DNA of 64,000 nucleotides from Azolla caroliniana (lineage: Eukaryota > Plantae > Polypodiophyta). The position numbers and the translations under genes are program-made. Of this stretch, positions 61,598 through 64,000 are shown piece after piece. The notes under the pieces were generated by a model. The model saw only the letters and a program-made list of their open reading frames with translations, ran no database searches and was not told the DNA's origin. Numbering within the stretch: position 1 is the stretch's first letter; each line of letters starts with the position of its first letter. Location of the stretch: NCBI GenBank assembly GCA_043228905.1, contig JBHGNT010000007.1, positions 4,092,001 to 4,156,000 on the forward strand, in the 5' to 3' direction.

Positions 61598-64000
61598 TGT
61601 CGTGATGTGGCGTGCTCGAGAGTGGGAAAAACCGGCAAAAGGGAGGGGGGGCAAAAATGTGCATGTGCAATGTGTGCACACAAAAGCGATTACTTGTGCA
61701 TATGCAAAATAAAAGGGAAAAGAAAAGGTGGAAAGGATGCATAGAAGCCCGTGTAAAAAGTAAGAGATAGGGGAGATAAAAAGTAGAGGGAAGACAAGCT
61801 AAGAATTTATAGAGATAGAATCATATATTATATAAGAGAGAGCTAATGGGCTAGTCGATAATCACATTGACTTTTAGCTAGAGGTGCATAGTTCAAATCT
61901 AGTCTTATAGTGCAACGTGATTTAAGAAATTTTATTCCTTTTTGCATTAAAGACGAAATTGGCGACCCCCCTTCTTTTTTTCCTATAAAAGGAGGTCGAG
62001 GGGGGCTCATTCGGGAGGACGTTTTGGGAGGAGGAGACTATCGCCATTTTACCTTCGGAGCTCTTCATCTTCTTATTCACCACTTCTGTTCATCTCATAC
62101 CCCTTCATCCCCCCACTGCCACGTGCTCGTCTTCTTCGCGTCGGGACTCGGCACTCGAAGTGCTCGTGAGCCCAAGCTTCTTTGGTTCGACGTTGCTCCG
62201 CCCCATTCGTCGTTGCGAGCCCGTGTCCTCGCCGTTCAGGTGGTCGTGGTTCGTTGGGATTGGCATTTTGGTGGTGCTTGTGTGTTCATCTTCACCGTGT
62301 TCGGATTTGCTCTTGTCTCTAAGGGCATTTAGTATTTATGTTTTGATTGAGCTTGTGGTTAACTATAAGTTGCCATTGTAATCAAACCCTATTTTATAAA
62401 GGGTCCTCTTGTGTTGGAATCGAACACGTATTTATTTCTTTGGCCGATATCATTCGTCTTTCTTTCTTTCCTTCTTTCTTTCTTTGTGTCTTCCTTGTAC
62501 GTTCAGCCGTCTTGTGACGAGCGAGCGTTTCAGGCGTGCCCATGCACTTCTCCTCCTCGTAAAGACATACAAGCATTTGTGCGTGTGTTTGTGTTTGCCT
62601 TGTACATTCGGCCGTCTTGTGACGAGGGACCGTTTCGGGCTTGCCCATGCACCTCTCCTCCTCATAAAGGCGTACGAGCATTTGTGTGTGTGTTTGTGTC
62701 TTCCTTGTACGTTCGGCCGTGCCCAAGCACCTCTCCTCCTCATAAAGGCGTATGAGCATTTTGTGTGTGTGTTTGTGTCTTGTACTTTCGGCCGTCTTGT
62801 GACGAGGGAGCGTTTCAGGCATGCCCATCCACCTCTCCTCCTCATAAAGACGTACGAGCATTTGTGCGTGTGTTTGTGACTTCCTTGTATGTTCAGTCAT
62901 CTTGTGACGAGGGAGTGTTCGGGCTTGCCCATGCACCTCTCCTCCTCATAAAGGCGTACGAGCATTTGTGCGTGTGTTTTGTGTCTTCCTCGTACGTTCG
63001 ACGTCTTGTGAAGAGGGAGCGTTCGGGCGTGCCCATGCACCTCTCCTCCTCATAAAGACGTACGGGCATTCGTGTTTGTGTTATCGTCCCCTTGTGCGTT
63101 TATCTTGCGTGCTCATCTTGCTTGTACCCGTTTGAGCACTTGGCTCGTGCGGTGATCTCGAAAGGTCGACGAGTTATGATCAACGAGAGCCACCGGCCTC
63201 ACAAAACAAAGGGCGACGAGCCCTTGTTCGGGAAGGGGTCAGGAAGTAGTATTGTCGTAAAGCAAACCTTGGGTCTTTTCTATCCCTTGAGTACTCCCTA
63301 GTCCAAGACCCCCGTGGTCCCGCCCAAGTAACACACGCGTGCGAAACTTCGCGACATAAATTGGTGATCCAGACGTGAAAGGGCGGCAAGAGGACCCTAA
63401 ACCCTAAACTCGTTGAAGCGATGGCGGCGGCGGCGGACCGCTTGGTAAATGCCCGAGAAGGCATCATCGGCCTAGACTGGGCCATAGAGATGGTGGTCAG
63501 CACAACGGGTCGGTTCAATGGAAGAGATATGACGAGCTACTTGGATGCCTATAAGGTCGAATTGCTTATGCGAAACGTCCCCGAAGATAGGCGGCTAACT
63601 GGATTCGCTAGAGTGGTAACGCCAAGTATCCACGCAGAGGTACTCGAGATCTGAGCGGACTGTTACAATTGGGTGGAGTTCGAAGAAAGACTCCTCGAGA
63701 AGTACAGCCTTGATGACTCACTCAGAATTTCGAAAAGGGATCTAATGGAGTGGGTTGAGCTTCTCATCAAGGGGAGATACTATGGTACTTTTACAAGAAT
63801 TTGAGAAGTGCTTCGCGCGACTCTTGGCTCTCGTTAGGATGGTGCTTGACACAAGCAAGGTCCTACTATTCATAAAGATTGTTGATGCACGAGACCGAGA
63901 GAAGGTGGGGTCCCTCCTCGAAACTGATGATGGGCTCAGGATGGATTGGGCTATGGTAAAACGGGTTTGTAGCTACTTCGATAAGAGAAGGGAATGGAAC
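61598..64000 (+). mobile_element. Ty3/Gypsy-like element G with long 5' LTR (61598-63356), PBS and start of gag; runs off the window
   Basis: tgtcgtga...tcgcgaca ends. TATA (cctataaaa) near 61983. PBS tggtgatccagacg at 63362 (probably tRNA-Arg type, from memory). gag-like MAAAADRL...GRFNGRDMTSYLDAY from 63421, with stops. Confidence 0.82.
62486..63080. repeat. ~105-bp tandem repeat, 6 copies, inside the LTR of G
   Basis: Unit gtgtcttccttgtacgttcggccgtcttgtgacgagggagcgtt...gcccatgcacctctcctcctcataaag...gagcatttgtg. The third copy is internally deleted. Confidence 0.93.

Noticed and set aside
62394-63055. 96-180-aa repeat ORFs on both strands
   Set aside because: By-product of the 105-bp tandem unit within an LTR; no recognisable domain.

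Overview
Eukaryotic land-plant genomic DNA: AT-rich, spliceosomal introns, many CA/GA microsatellites. A fern or other seed-free plant is my inference from the Tcn1/sushi-like chromovirus and RTE-like LINEs. I could assemble four spliced host genes by hand: a 2-oxoglutarate/Fe(II) dioxygenase (341-3966, +), a Pro/His-repeat protein of unknown function (7469-9026, -), a peroxisomal 3-hydroxyisobutyryl-CoA hydrolase (CHY1-like, 30196-38604, +, ends in SKL) and ALG11 mannosyltransferase (40310-45623, +, with a GC-AG intron). Two nests of retroelements dominate the rest. The first (9717-27570) holds three Copia elements and two copies of a chromovirus, with an apparent recombination deletion. The second runs from about 56300 to the window end (RTE LINEs, a solo LTR, a Copia and a long-LTR Gypsy). 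The most striking pattern is that three dissimilar LTR types each carry a degenerate tRNA-like module (Pol III A- and B-boxes at tRNA spacing) inside the LTR. One carrier is a coding chromovirus that appears to self-prime (no tRNA PBS) and to use a -1 frameshift. All coordinates and alignments were read by eye and no database search was run.
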